In this document: positions 28,968 to 39,283 of the stretch, piece after piece | How the letters are laid out: every line of letters starts with the position of its first letter | How positions within the stretch are numbered: the stretch's first letter is position 1 | Assembly (NCBI GenBank): GCA_014729395.1 | Contig: WJJZ01000006.1 | Span: forward strand, 7,090-71,089 | Reading direction: 5' to 3' | DNA from: Candidatus Magasanikiibacteriota bacterium | GTDB taxonomy: Bacteria > Patescibacteriota > Patescibacteriia > Magasanikbacterales > UBA922 | DNA: 64,000 nucleotides | The notes under the pieces: model-generated | What the model saw: only the letters and a program-made list of their open reading frames with translations | The model's database searches: none | Told to the model about the DNA's origin: nothing | Position numbers and translations under genes: made by a program

Positions 28968-29850
28968 TAAATTTAAAATTAATTTTATTGGCGTGGGGAC
29001 ACCAAGAAGCGGTACTACATGGATATCCAAATGTTTATCTGAACACTCGCAAATTTGTTTCTCAAAGGAAAAAGAAACTCATTTTTTTGATAAAGATTAT
29101 AATTTTGACAAGGGTCTGGAATACTACCGGTCTTTTTTTGAAAATAAAGAGAAGCAAGAGGGTGTGATTCTGGGTGAATTTACACCGAGCTATTATCGTG
29201 ATGAGAAGTGCGCAAAAAGAATTAAAACATTTTTTCCTGATGTAAAAATTATATTATGTTTGAGAAATCCCGTTGATAGAGCTCTGTCTGATTATCGTTA
29301 CAATAAAAAGAGAGGTGCTAAGCTGGGTCAAAATTTACTTGAAGAGCCTGAATTAAACTTGGATGAAAGAGTGGTGTCAGACGGTTTTTTTTATAATCAT
29401 TTAGAAAAGTTTTTAATTCCTTTTAATTTCAATAATATTCATATTATCCTGCATAAAGATATTAAAAAACACCCGGATAAAGTTCTTAGAAAGCTTTATG
29501 ATTTTTTGGGGGTGAATAATGATTTTATTCCGTCCTCGCTACATCAGAGGGTCAACACCACCGAAGGCACCAATTATCGTTACCCGGCGATAAATAGAAT
29601 TATTAATTATAGAAAAAAATTGAAAAACGATGCTGTAGGTCGATTTATATTAAATATTTTTAAATTACTTGGCATTGGTTATTTGTCAAAAAAGTTAATT
29701 CAAGCCAATAAGACATCCAAACAAAAAAATATTTTTTCTGAAGAGGAAATTAACAATTTTAAAATAAAATTATTTGATGTTTACTTAAAGGATATTAATA
29801 AATTGGAAGACTTGATAAAAAAAGATCTTAGTATATGGAAACAGATTTAG
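28951..29850 (+). CDS. Sulfotransferase family protein (IGVG..RSGTTW...HSQI subfamily)
   Basis: FIGVGTPRSGTTWISKCLSEHSQI and LCLRNPVDRALSDY motifs. Confidence 0.7.
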   Translation: MQEKGNKFKINFIGVGTPRSGTTWISKCLSEHSQICFSKEKETHFFDKDYNFDKGLEYYRSFFENKEKQEGVILGEFTPSYYRDEKCAKRIKTFFPDVKIILCLRNPVDRALSDYRYNKKRGAKLGQNLLEEPELNLDERVVSDGFFYNHLEKFLIPFNFNNIHIILHKDIKKHPDKVLRKLYDFLGVNNDFIPSSLHQRVNTTEGTNYRYPAINRIINYRKKLKNDAVGRFILNIFKLLGIGYLSKKLIQANKTSKQKNIFSEEEINNFKIKLFDVYLKDINKLEDLIKKDLSIWKQI

Positions 29851-31025
29851 AGGCCAAAAAAATCAATATTAAATATATTACTAATGCCAGGATGCCGACA
29901 GAAAAAGCACATGGATATCAGATTTGTAAAATGTGTGAGGATTTTTCTAATTGTGGGGTAGAAATAGAATTAATAGTTCCCAAAAGAGATAATCATATCA
30001 AGGAAACAATTTTTGGATTTTATAATTTAGAAAAAAATTATAGTATAAAAAAAATTAAGAGTTTTGATTTTTTTAAATTACAAAAAGTTATCGGTTCTAG
30101 ATTAAGTCATTATTTACAGAGTTTAACTTTTCTTTTTCACCTTTGTTTTTTGAAAGTCGATGGTAATGAAATAATCTATACTAGAAATCCGGGAATTATT
30201 TTTTTGTTTAAGATGCGAGGGTGTAAAACTGTCTATGAGTGCCATGATTGGTTTTCCAGATCAAAAATTTTATCTTTGTTTTTTTTAAAGAAGTGTGATT
30301 TTATCATTACAACTAATAATTTCATAAAAAAAGAATTTTTAAAAAATAAATTTAATAAAGATAGGTTATGTGTTGCGCCTAACGGAGTCAATTTGGAAAT
30401 GTTTGATTTGAGTTTGAACAAGAAAGAGGCAGTTGAAAAATTATCTCTGGATAAAATGATAAAAGATAGTTTGCTTAATAATTTGGTTCTATTATACACT
30501 GGTAGTTTTAGAACAATGGGGGAGAGTAAGGGGATAGATGAGATTTTAGAAGCACTCGTAAGGTTAAAAAATAAGAATATAATATTTATTGCTGTTGGTG
30601 GGAATAAGAGTGATATAAAATATTATGAGTCTAAGGCAAAAAATTTAAACTTGAAAAATGCTTTATTTTTAGATAAAGTAAACCAAAATAAATTGGCTAT
30701 TTTTCAGAAAGCATCAGACATTTTACTAATGCCTTTTCCTAATAAAGCGCACTATAAGTATTTTATGACACCCCTCAAAACTTTTGAATATATGGCTTCT
30801 AAAAGGCCTATAATTGCATCAGATTTGCCCAGTATTAGAGAAATTTTGGATGATAACACAGCACTTTTCTGTCGGCCTGATAGTATTGATAGTTTGGTGG
30901 AAAAAATTAATGATTTAATTTCAAATAAAAATTTGGTTGAAAGAATTACAAAAAATGCTTATACAAAAGTTCAACAATACACCTGGAAGAAAAGAGCTCA
31001 AAAAATATTGAATTTTATAAAATGA
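29835..31025 (+). CDS. GT4-family glycosyltransferase
   Basis: C-terminal TPLKTFEYMASKRPIIASDLPSIREI (E..E region). Confidence 0.7.
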   Translation: METDLEAKKINIKYITNARMPTEKAHGYQICKMCEDFSNCGVEIELIVPKRDNHIKETIFGFYNLEKNYSIKKIKSFDFFKLQKVIGSRLSHYLQSLTFLFHLCFLKVDGNEIIYTRNPGIIFLFKMRGCKTVYECHDWFSRSKILSLFFLKKCDFIITTNNFIKKEFLKNKFNKDRLCVAPNGVNLEMFDLSLNKKEAVEKLSLDKMIKDSLLNNLVLLYTGSFRTMGESKGIDEILEALVRLKNKNIIFIAVGGNKSDIKYYESKAKNLNLKNALFLDKVNQNKLAIFQKASDILLMPFPNKAHYKYFMTPLKTFEYMASKRPIIASDLPSIREILDDNTALFCRPDSIDSLVEKINDLISNKNLVERITKNAYTKVQQYTWKKRAQKILNFIK

Positions 31026-32092
31026 AAAAAATATTAATAATAGGTTCATATAATAAAGAATATCCCAGAAATAAAGTATTAATAAATACACTTAAGGACT
31101 TTTTTGATATTGAAGAAATTAACAACAAATATGAAAAATGGACCAGGCATGTATTTTTTTTAAAAGCAGTTTTAAAACATAGAAAGGAAAAAGATTTTTT
31201 ACTTTTGTTACATCCAGCTCGTAAATTTGTCTTTAGTTTGTTTCTGTCTAAAATATTTTTTAGTGGTAAAATCATTGTGGATGCTTTTAACTCGGTTTAT
31301 GATTCCTTTATCTATGATCGTAAATTAGCGAGTAAATATTCGATTAAAGCTTTTTATTATTTTCTTTCGGATTATTTAATGTGTAGATTGACCGATATCA
31401 TATTTTTTGATACACGGGAACACAAAGATTACTTCATTAATAAATTTAAAATTAAGGATTTTAAGAAAAAAGTTGTCCTACCTGTTTCTGTTGATTTAAA
31501 TTTATTTGAAGATGTTCCTGACTTATCTGATAAAGGTATCTTTCCTAAGGATAAATTTAATATTTTTTTCTATGGTTGTTATATACCCTTGCAGGGTATA
31601 GAGTATATTGTAAAAGCTGCTAAAATTTTAGAAAAAGAAAAGTTAATGAATTTTGTCCTGTTAGGTGCGGGACAAACTAGAAAAGAGATAAATGCTTTAT
31701 GCGAAAAATTACAATCAAAGAATATTACCTTTATTGATCGAGTTCCTTATGAAGATTTAATAAAATATATAAATGCATCGGATGTGTGTCTGGGTATTTT
31801 TGGTGATACTGATAAGGCTATGAGGGTTGTTCCCAATAAAGTTTTGGAATACGGTGCTTGTAAAAAAATAGTTGTAACAGGTAGAAATAAAGCAATGGAG
31901 AGATACTTTGAAGATGGCAGAGATTTATTATATTGTAATATGGCAGACGAACATGATTTGTCAAAAAAAATACTCCGGGTTTATCATGATTATGATAGTT
32001 ATATTAAAATGGGGGATAATATCTATAAAAAAATTAAGCAAAATTTTACTAAAGAGTCGTTGGCTGAAATTATAAATAAAGAGCTAACATGA
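31022..32092 (+). CDS. Probable GT4-like glycosyltransferase
   Basis: Two Rossmann-like halves, with KVLEYGACKKIVVT near the C-terminus. The motifs are weak. Confidence 0.4.
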   Translation: MKKILIIGSYNKEYPRNKVLINTLKDFFDIEEINNKYEKWTRHVFFLKAVLKHRKEKDFLLLLHPARKFVFSLFLSKIFFSGKIIVDAFNSVYDSFIYDRKLASKYSIKAFYYFLSDYLMCRLTDIIFFDTREHKDYFINKFKIKDFKKKVVLPVSVDLNLFEDVPDLSDKGIFPKDKFNIFFYGCYIPLQGIEYIVKAAKILEKEKLMNFVLLGAGQTRKEINALCEKLQSKNITFIDRVPYEDLIKYINASDVCLGIFGDTDKAMRVVPNKVLEYGACKKIVVTGRNKAMERYFEDGRDLLYCNMADEHDLSKKILRVYHDYDSYIKMGDNIYKKIKQNFTKESLAEIINKELT

Positions 32093-33429
32093 GTATTAAA
32101 AATTTTTACAATAAAAAAGTATATAAAAAAATTAACAGATTTCGTAGGAAGGCTATTTTGAGTTTTATAAAGAAAAATAATCCGGTTGTACTTGATGTGG
32201 GCTGTGGTCGCGGTTTGCTTGGTGAAATAATTAAAAAAGAAAAAAAAGCTACTGTTTTTGGTATTGATATTTCAGAAGACGCAACAAAGGAGGCATCTAA
32301 AAAGCTAGATAATGTTTTTTGTTTTAATTTGGAGACAAATCAGGAGTGGCCGGATGAATTAAAGATGCAAGAATATGATTATGTTGTTATTTCCGAAGTT
32401 TTGGAACACTTGATGGAGCCCGAGGAGATTTTATTTAAAATAAAGCAGGCAATTAGCCATAATACCGAGATAATAATTACAGTCCCCAATATTTTATGGT
32501 GGAAAAATAGATTAAAGATTTTTCTAGGACATTTTGAGTATACTGATAGTGGTCTTATGGACAAAGGGCATATCCATTTTTTTTCCTGGAAAAGTTTTAA
32601 GGATTTAATTAGAAAGACCGGCTATCATATAACACAAGAAAATCACCACATCCCTACACGAGGGACAAAATATTTTGGTAGGATTTGGCCCGGACTTTTT
32701 GCTAAACAGTTTATTGTGAAAATTAAAAAAAATAACATTGTTATATATACTGCTATCTTGGGGGGCAAAGATGCTCTTACAGAACCAAAGTTTATTCCGG
32801 ATAATTGTGATTTTATTTGTTTTACAGATGATGAGGTTTTAAAATCAAAGACTTGGAAAGTGGTAAATATCGGGGTTGGTTCCGGTGACCCGGCTAGGGA
32901 TTCACGAGAAATGAAATTATTACCACATAAGTATTTATCCGATTATGAATATAGTATTTGGGTTGATGGTAATATGTTGGTTCACGGCGACGTTAATGAG
33001 TTAATTGATAAGTATTTGAAAAGCAACAATATTGCCATGTTTGATCATAATCAATTGACTGGGGATAAAAGGAATTGTATATACAAAGAAGCCGAAGTGT
33101 TGGTGAAAATGGCAAAAACAGAAAAATACAAAGATGACCCTAGTTTAATATTAAAACAAGTTAGTAGATATAAAGAAGAGGGGTACCCAGAGGATAATGG
33201 ATTGATATCGGGTATGGTTATTTTAAGGAAGCATAATTATTACGATGTAAAGAAGGTAATGGAAGATTGGTGGTCCGAATTAAAAAATAATAGTAAGCGC
33301 GATCAGTTGAGTTTTAACTATGTGGCATGGAAGAATAATTTGGATTTTGTGTATATCCAAGGTGATTCAAGAGATAATAAGTACTTTAAGCGTTTACCCC
33401 ATTTAAGAAAAAAGAACTATAAAATATGA
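32089..33429 (+). CDS. Fusion of a class I SAM methyltransferase (N-terminal) and a DUF616-like putative glycosyltransferase domain (C-terminal)
   Basis: VLDVGCGRGLLG methyltransferase motif. The C-terminal half has IVIYTAILGGKD...FICFTDDE, recalled as typical of DUF616/TOD1-like proteins. Confidence 0.5.
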   Translation: MSIKNFYNKKVYKKINRFRRKAILSFIKKNNPVVLDVGCGRGLLGEIIKKEKKATVFGIDISEDATKEASKKLDNVFCFNLETNQEWPDELKMQEYDYVVISEVLEHLMEPEEILFKIKQAISHNTEIIITVPNILWWKNRLKIFLGHFEYTDSGLMDKGHIHFFSWKSFKDLIRKTGYHITQENHHIPTRGTKYFGRIWPGLFAKQFIVKIKKNNIVIYTAILGGKDALTEPKFIPDNCDFICFTDDEVLKSKTWKVVNIGVGSGDPARDSREMKLLPHKYLSDYEYSIWVDGNMLVHGDVNELIDKYLKSNNIAMFDHNQLTGDKRNCIYKEAEVLVKMAKTEKYKDDPSLILKQVSRYKEEGYPEDNGLISGMVILRKHNYYDVKKVMEDWWSELKNNSKRDQLSFNYVAWKNNLDFVYIQGDSRDNKYFKRLPHLRKKNYKI

Positions 33430-34298
33430 GCCCTAAAGTATCAGTTATCATTCCGACTTATAATCGACCTGAATTTATTGACAAAGCCATAAAGTCAGTT
33501 TTAAATCAAACTTATCAGGATTTTGAAGTTATTGTTGTTGATGATGGTACAAGGGTTAGGGCTGAAGATGTGGTTAAGAAAATAAAAGACAATAGAGTGG
33601 TGTATATAAAACATCCGGAAAATAGGGGTGGAGGAGCCGCCAGAAACACAGGGATAAAAAAATCCAGGGGAGAATATGTTGCCTTTCTGGATGACGATGA
33701 TGAGTGGTTGCCGGAAAAATTGGAGATACAAATGAAGGAATTTGAAAAGGCGGGTGATGACGTGGGTTTTTGTTTTTCTAGTGTGATCAATAAAACAAAA
33801 GAAGGAGACAAAACCAAAGAAGTCTACGATGGGATAAAAAATTTCCACGAGGATGTCTTACGTAATTTTAAAGGGTTTTTAACTGTCACTCTAATAATAA
33901 AAAGAAAAGTTTTTGATGAGGTGGGTGGTTTTGATGAAAGATTTCCAAGCCATCAAGAACCGGATTTGATTATTAGAGTAACAAAAAAATATAGGGGTTT
34001 GGGTGTAAATAAGCCATTGGTAAAAGTGAATATGATGGGGGACCATGATCATATTGGAGCCAACTTAGATAAAAGAATTGCGGGACGCAGGATGATATTG
34101 AATAAATATTTGGGTGAATTTAAAAAAAAGCCAAGATTTTTGGCAAAGCATTATTTTCAGTTGGCTATTTTTTTAAGAGACGATGGAGAAATTGAAGAGG
34201 CGAGTGAGTTTTTTAAAAAAGCGTGGAAAACAAATTTTCATTGGCGGTATTTTGCTCATTATGTTGTTATGAAAATAAAAACCATTTATATATATTAA
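33426..34298 (+). CDS. GT2-family glycosyltransferase
   Basis: VSVIIPTYNRPEFI, VIVVDDG and FLDDDDEW (DxD) motifs. Confidence 0.75.
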   Translation: MSPKVSVIIPTYNRPEFIDKAIKSVLNQTYQDFEVIVVDDGTRVRAEDVVKKIKDNRVVYIKHPENRGGGAARNTGIKKSRGEYVAFLDDDDEWLPEKLEIQMKEFEKAGDDVGFCFSSVINKTKEGDKTKEVYDGIKNFHEDVLRNFKGFLTVTLIIKRKVFDEVGGFDERFPSHQEPDLIIRVTKKYRGLGVNKPLVKVNMMGDHDHIGANLDKRIAGRRMILNKYLGEFKKKPRFLAKHYFQLAIFLRDDGEIEEASEFFKKAWKTNFHWRYFAHYVVMKIKTIYIY

Positions 34299-35233
34299 TT
34301 ATCCCAATTTAGCTTGCGGTTAAGAAATTTTTCTAATTTTTTATTTTCTTCTCTATATATATCGTTTATAATTTTGCGATATTTAGGTGATAATTGAGGT
34401 CTTTTTTGTAGAGATGTTATTGAGTGTACTGACCTGTCGCAAAATTTTAGTGTATTAAGGGCTAAGTTATTTACTGTATTATTTTTAATAATCGGCATTA
34501 CTCTTTTTTTTATAGAGGATTGCATAAGGTTGTTTTTAATTTTTTGGTAAGTTTTTAGTGTTTTATTATTTTTTTTCCAGGTAGGGTTTGGCACATAATT
34601 TAAAAGCGATGGTGTAAAATTTTTATCCACATCCAAAAAAATATAAATTCTTTTAATAAATTTTTCGGGGTTTACCTTTAGGTCGTCGTGTAATAATAAA
34701 AGAATTTTATCTTTATCAAAAAAATTTAGGTAATTATTTATATGTTTCATATAAAATCCCGTGGATATAATTTCATCATTATTTAAAAAATGATCGAACG
34801 AGAAGAATTTTTTTTCATATTTTTTTTCATAGTTTCCTTTAGCATGTAGATAGTGAGAGTAAAGGCGATCTGTAGGATTCCTTAGGATTGCTATTATTTT
34901 CGTTTCAGGAAAATGTTTTTTGATTAATTTTGGTGTGTCTTTGTCAAATAAGTAATAAACACTGAATTCACCTATTATATTTCCCGGCTTACAATGCCTG
35001 AAATTTTTTTTGTATTCATCAATCCCTTTTGTGTATTTCCACTCTTCATCTTTTCTATAAAAAGGCCTGAATTTGTTAAAAAAATCCAATTCTTTATTGT
35101 TTGAAAGACATATTTGTGGGTGCTCCCTTAGGCATTTTGCCGTCCAACTGGTACCGCATTTGGGAGCACCAACTCCTATGAAATCTATTTTAAAATCATC
35201 TTGATTCATTTTTTTAGCATTTTTTTTGGCCAT
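34295..35233 (-). CDS. Sulfotransferase family protein (IGVG..KCGTSW...HPQI subfamily)
   Basis: FIGVGAPKCGTSWTAKCLREHPQI and AILRNPTDRLYSHY motifs. Confidence 0.7.
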   Translation of the reverse strand: MAKKNAKKMNQDDFKIDFIGVGAPKCGTSWTAKCLREHPQICLSNNKELDFFNKFRPFYRKDEEWKYTKGIDEYKKNFRHCKPGNIIGEFSVYYLFDKDTPKLIKKHFPETKIIAILRNPTDRLYSHYLHAKGNYEKKYEKKFFSFDHFLNNDEIISTGFYMKHINNYLNFFDKDKILLLLHDDLKVNPEKFIKRIYIFLDVDKNFTPSLLNYVPNPTWKKNNKTLKTYQKIKNNLMQSSIKKRVMPIIKNNTVNNLALNTLKFCDRSVHSITSLQKRPQLSPKYRKIINDIYREENKKLEKFLNRKLNWDN

Positions 35234-35572
35234 GATGTTTTTTTGTTAATTCATTATAATAAAATCAGATTCTTTGAATTTAATTTTTCTCCTATTCGTG
35301 GGTTCCATTAGAATATTAATAAATGACTATTTTAAAATGGTAAATCTAAAGTATGATTTCCACATTTTTTCTCCAATTGGATTTTTAATTCCTTCAGGGG
35401 TCATGTGGTTGTAAAAACCCTTGTTATTTGGTGAGTGTTGATATTAATCGTCGTCATTTTTTAGTATGTGGAAATAGATATAATAATATTTTCCTTGTTA
35501 CAATGTTTAGTAAGATTAATTTTTACGCTGATGCCATAACTTTACTTAATTTTATAAACATATATGATCATA

Positions 35573-36823
35573 TTACATTCTTTTAAAAAGATATAATTTA
35601 AATAAAGTAAGTAATATATTTGTTATGATAATGGAAATTATAGCACCCCATATTCCAAAAAATACTATCATAGGGAGAAGTAATATAATTTTTAATACTG
35701 CCCCAAAAATTCTCATATAATATAACTGCTTTTTAAGACCTTGTGAAGTAAAGGTAGTACCAATAAGTATATAGGGTGTCAGTAGTACCGAAATAGCAAA
35801 AACTTGGGAATATTTAACAGAATCTAAATATTGAGGGAATAATATCTTAAAAATAAGAGGTGAGAAGAGAATGTATAAGATAGTGGGAATTATAAGCAGT
35901 AAGGTCATTTTAACTATTTTAGAAGGTAAGGTTTTTTTGATAATATTTTTATCTTTCGAGGCCATTTTAGGCATTGCCAAAGTTGAGATGGCATTAAAAA
36001 ATGACTTCATTTCTTTTATTGGGACGGTAGCAAATGAATATATGGCCAATTGAGCCGCACCCAAAAAATGCCACATTATAATTTTGTCTATGTTGTTGGT
36101 AATCGTTCCAAAAAAATCTATGATTGTTAAATGTTTTCCGAAAGATATAGTGTCAGCTGCTCTTTTTTTGTTTAATTTAAATTTTTTATAAATGTAGATT
36201 GAAAAAAAAGTTTGTATGATTAGTGAGGAAAGGTAAAAAACCGTTATTAAATAGGTCACTTTAGGATAAAATATTAGCGTTATGATAATTAAAATAGCAG
36301 AGCTTACCTGTATTATGGTGCTGTATATGGCACTTTGCTTAAACAATTTTCTTCCCTTGAGAAATGAACCATGAACAATCAAGCCGTTTGTGGTTGGTGC
36401 AAGAGTACCGGCAATTAAAAAACAAAATCCAAGTATAGAATTTCCATTGTGAAAGTAGTAAGCGGAAATAATAAGTCCGGCCAATGAACCCAGGAGTGAC
36501 CACTTAAATTTTTTTTTAATTATCCGCATGGTGTCGTTTTCGTAGCCACGGGCTACGGATCTCGTAAGGGCCGTGTTTAAACCTGGTAAAGCCGTTAAAC
36601 TAAGAATACCGGCGATGGATAGTACGTATTTATATAAACCATAATCCGTTTTTGATAATAGATTGGCATATGCTATGGCTAAAATAAGAGAGCCAACAGA
36701 AGTTATGATTTTGTTTAAACTTAACCATAAGCCACCCTTAGCAATATAAATCATGTCAGTGTGTGTGTATTTCTGACTCCAGATAAGCAGATTTTTTACC
36801 TTGTATTTTAATTTTTTATACAC
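35573..36823 (-). CDS. Wzx-type oligosaccharide/polysaccharide flippase (MOP superfamily)
   Basis: 416 aa with ~12 TM helices, a GTG start, and the typical Wzx hydropathy pattern inside a glycan locus. Confidence 0.6.
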   Translation of the reverse strand: MYKKLKYKVKNLLIWSQKYTHTDMIYIAKGGLWLSLNKIITSVGSLILAIAYANLLSKTDYGLYKYVLSIAGILSLTALPGLNTALTRSVARGYENDTMRIIKKKFKWSLLGSLAGLIISAYYFHNGNSILGFCFLIAGTLAPTTNGLIVHGSFLKGRKLFKQSAIYSTIIQVSSAILIIITLIFYPKVTYLITVFYLSSLIIQTFFSIYIYKKFKLNKKRAADTISFGKHLTIIDFFGTITNNIDKIIMWHFLGAAQLAIYSFATVPIKEMKSFFNAISTLAMPKMASKDKNIIKKTLPSKIVKMTLLLIIPTILYILFSPLIFKILFPQYLDSVKYSQVFAISVLLTPYILIGTTFTSQGLKKQLYYMRIFGAVLKIILLLPMIVFFGIWGAIISIIITNILLTLFKLYLFKRM

Positions 36824-36878
36824 ATTTTAATATCTTAATTATTAGTGGATTATTATATCACTATTTTGTTCGATTTTA

Positions 36879-37826
36879 CTATTCGCTCCACTCTAATTTA
36901 CGATTTAAGAATATTTCTAATTCTTTATTTTTGTCCTGGTAAGTTTGATTTAATTCTTTGATTATTTCTTTTGGGACTCCTTTTTTTTCTTTGTTATGTG
37001 TATATTTTTTGATTAGTTTATCAGTTGGATCAAAAACTATTTTTAAAATAAGTTTATTGAGTTTTAGTGGTTTAAGAAAAAACATTATATTTTTTTTAAT
37101 TTTACTAGACATTATTTTGTTTTTCCAATTTATATAATTGGATCTCAATAAACTAGTTTTTGGCCCGGTTACATTCACTCTTTTATTTAAGCTTTCTGGC
37201 ACAAAATTATCATCTACATTTAGAAAATTGTAAATTGATTTAATGAATTTTTGAGGATCTCGTTTGATATCTTCGTAGATTAAAATTAAAAGTTGTTCTT
37301 TGGAAAAATATCGCAAGTATCTCTTGATATGGTCTATATAGAAGCCGGTTTCGATAAAGTCAGTCTTTTCTTTTATAATTTTTTTGATATCTGGTAGTTT
37401 TCTTTTGCGTTTTCCATCAAATTTACCTTGGAAATAACTAGAGATTAGACGCTCGGTAGGATTCCGAACAATAAAGATTAACTTAATATTAGGAAAATGT
37501 TCCTTAATTAGGGCAGGGGTCTTTGGATCATGATGGTAATGTGTACTGAATTCTCCCTTTATACTAGCTATACTGCAATGCTTGAATTGATCTAAGTACC
37601 AGCTGATTCCTTTTAGGTATTGCCAATCTTTTCTTTCATGGTAAAAATTAGCTTTTTTATTATAAAAATGTAATTCTTTATTTTTGGGAAAGCAGATTTG
37701 TGGATGTTGGGATAGACATTTAGCTACCCAGGTGGTAGCGCATTTTTGGGCCCCGATCCCAATGAAATCTACTTTAAATTGTTTTTTTTGTTTGGAATTT
37801 AGATTTTTTAATATCAGCTCATTCAT
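36879..37826 (-). CDS. Sulfotransferase family protein (IGIG..KCATTW...HPQI subfamily)
   Basis: FIGIGAQKCATTWVAKCLSQHPQI and FIVRNPTERLISSY motifs. Confidence 0.7.
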   Translation of the reverse strand: MNELILKNLNSKQKKQFKVDFIGIGAQKCATTWVAKCLSQHPQICFPKNKELHFYNKKANFYHERKDWQYLKGISWYLDQFKHCSIASIKGEFSTHYHHDPKTPALIKEHFPNIKLIFIVRNPTERLISSYFQGKFDGKRKRKLPDIKKIIKEKTDFIETGFYIDHIKRYLRYFSKEQLLILIYEDIKRDPQKFIKSIYNFLNVDDNFVPESLNKRVNVTGPKTSLLRSNYINWKNKIMSSKIKKNIMFFLKPLKLNKLILKIVFDPTDKLIKKYTHNKEKKGVPKEIIKELNQTYQDKNKELEIFLNRKLEWSE

Positions 37827-37926
37827 AAAGATGTTTTGTTTTTTTTGTTTAGTCTGTTAACATACACACTACCTTAACATTGGATTAGATTTAGCTTATC
37901 ATAATTATTTATAACTGAAAAGATTT

Positions 37927-38733
37927 ATGAAAGATGCATTATATGATGAAATTTTAACTGATTTAAAGCAAATTACCAGCCAAGCCGGAGCAAAAATCTT
38001 AGAATTTTATGCTGAAGATTACACTGATTCTGAAAAAAAAGAATTCCCGGTCACCAAAGCCGACTTGGCTTCAGATAGTATAATTTCGCAAGGATTGGAA
38101 AAGTATCTTGAAAATGGTTTTGGTATTCTTTCCGAAGAGACCTCGGCTGACAAAGATTACTTGAATCATGACAAGGTTTTTATTGTTGATCCGATTGACG
38201 GCACCAAAGATTTTGTTCATAAGACCGGTGATTTTTCTATAATGATTGCTTATGTTGAAAATGGGGAGCCGGTGGTCGGGGTAGTATTTAAGCCACTGGG
38301 AGGGGTTTTATACTATGCACAAAAAAATGAAGGTGCTTTTGTGGAAGTTGGCGGTAATTCAGAAAAAATAGAAGTTTCTCCGCAAGAGGATTTTACAGAG
38401 ATGAGATTACTTGTTAGCCGGTATCACTTGAGAGATCCGGAAATAAAATTGAAAGAAGAGTTATATTTAGCCGATAATTTGGCTATGGGCAGTGCCGGAC
38501 TCAAATTATGTTCAATCGCGGCGGGCAAGGCTCATATTTATGTTAATACCAGTGATAAAACCGGGGAATGGGATACGGCTGCCGGTAGTATTATTCTACA
38601 AGAAGCCGGAGGAATTATAACTGATTTAGATGCTAAACCACTTGATTTTTTGAAGGAAAAGCCCTATAATACTCGCGGTTTTGTGGCCTCAAACGGCACC
38701 CAACACGAACAGATTTTAAATAAATTAAAATAA
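37927..38733 (+). CDS. cysQ: 3'(2'),5'-bisphosphate nucleotidase (PAP phosphatase, inositol-monophosphatase fold)
   Basis: IVDPIDGTKDF and WDTAAGSIILQEAGG motifs match the CysQ signatures. Confidence 0.75.
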   Translation: MKDALYDEILTDLKQITSQAGAKILEFYAEDYTDSEKKEFPVTKADLASDSIISQGLEKYLENGFGILSEETSADKDYLNHDKVFIVDPIDGTKDFVHKTGDFSIMIAYVENGEPVVGVVFKPLGGVLYYAQKNEGAFVEVGGNSEKIEVSPQEDFTEMRLLVSRYHLRDPEIKLKEELYLADNLAMGSAGLKLCSIAAGKAHIYVNTSDKTGEWDTAAGSIILQEAGGIITDLDAKPLDFLKEKPYNTRGFVASNGTQHEQILNKLK

Positions 38734-38743
38734 ATTTTAAATT

Positions 38744-39280
38744 ATGGAAAATAATGGGAAAAAGGGAATAGTATTGTGGTTCACGGGTCTGTCAGGAGCG
38801 GGAAAAACCACTGTAGCTGATGAGATTTTTAATCGTTTACAAGAATTAAATTTAAGGTGTGAACGCCTGGATGGTGATGTGATAAGAAGTAATTTGAATG
38901 AGGATTTGGATTTCTCCAAAGAGGGAAGGGATAGAAACGTCAGGATCGCCGGTTTTGTGGCCAAAATGTTGGCCGAACATGGGGTAGTTGTCTTATCAAG
39001 TTTTATTTCACCATATAAAGAACAAAGAGATAAATTAAGAGAAAAAATTGATTGCTTTGCAGAAGTGTTTGTTAATGCTCCTCTTGAGGTTTGTGAACAA
39101 AGAGATGTAAAAGGGTTGTATAAGAAAGCTCGTAGCGGTGAAATAAAAAATTTTACCGGCATCGATGACCCTTATGAGGCGCCGGATAATCCGGAAATAG
39201 TTTTAAATACCCATGAAGAAGAGATAGAAGAAAGTGTCAATAGAATCGTTTCATATTTAAAATCAAAAGAATTAATATAA
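38744..39280 (+). CDS. cysC: Adenylyl-sulfate (APS) kinase
   Basis: GIVLWFTGLSGAGKTT P-loop, the typical 178-aa length and strong overall APS-kinase similarity. Confidence 0.9.
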   Translation: MENNGKKGIVLWFTGLSGAGKTTVADEIFNRLQELNLRCERLDGDVIRSNLNEDLDFSKEGRDRNVRIAGFVAKMLAEHGVVVLSSFISPYKEQRDKLREKIDCFAEVFVNAPLEVCEQRDVKGLYKKARSGEIKNFTGIDDPYEAPDNPEIVLNTHEEEIEESVNRIVSYLKSKELI

Positions 39281-39283
39281 TTT

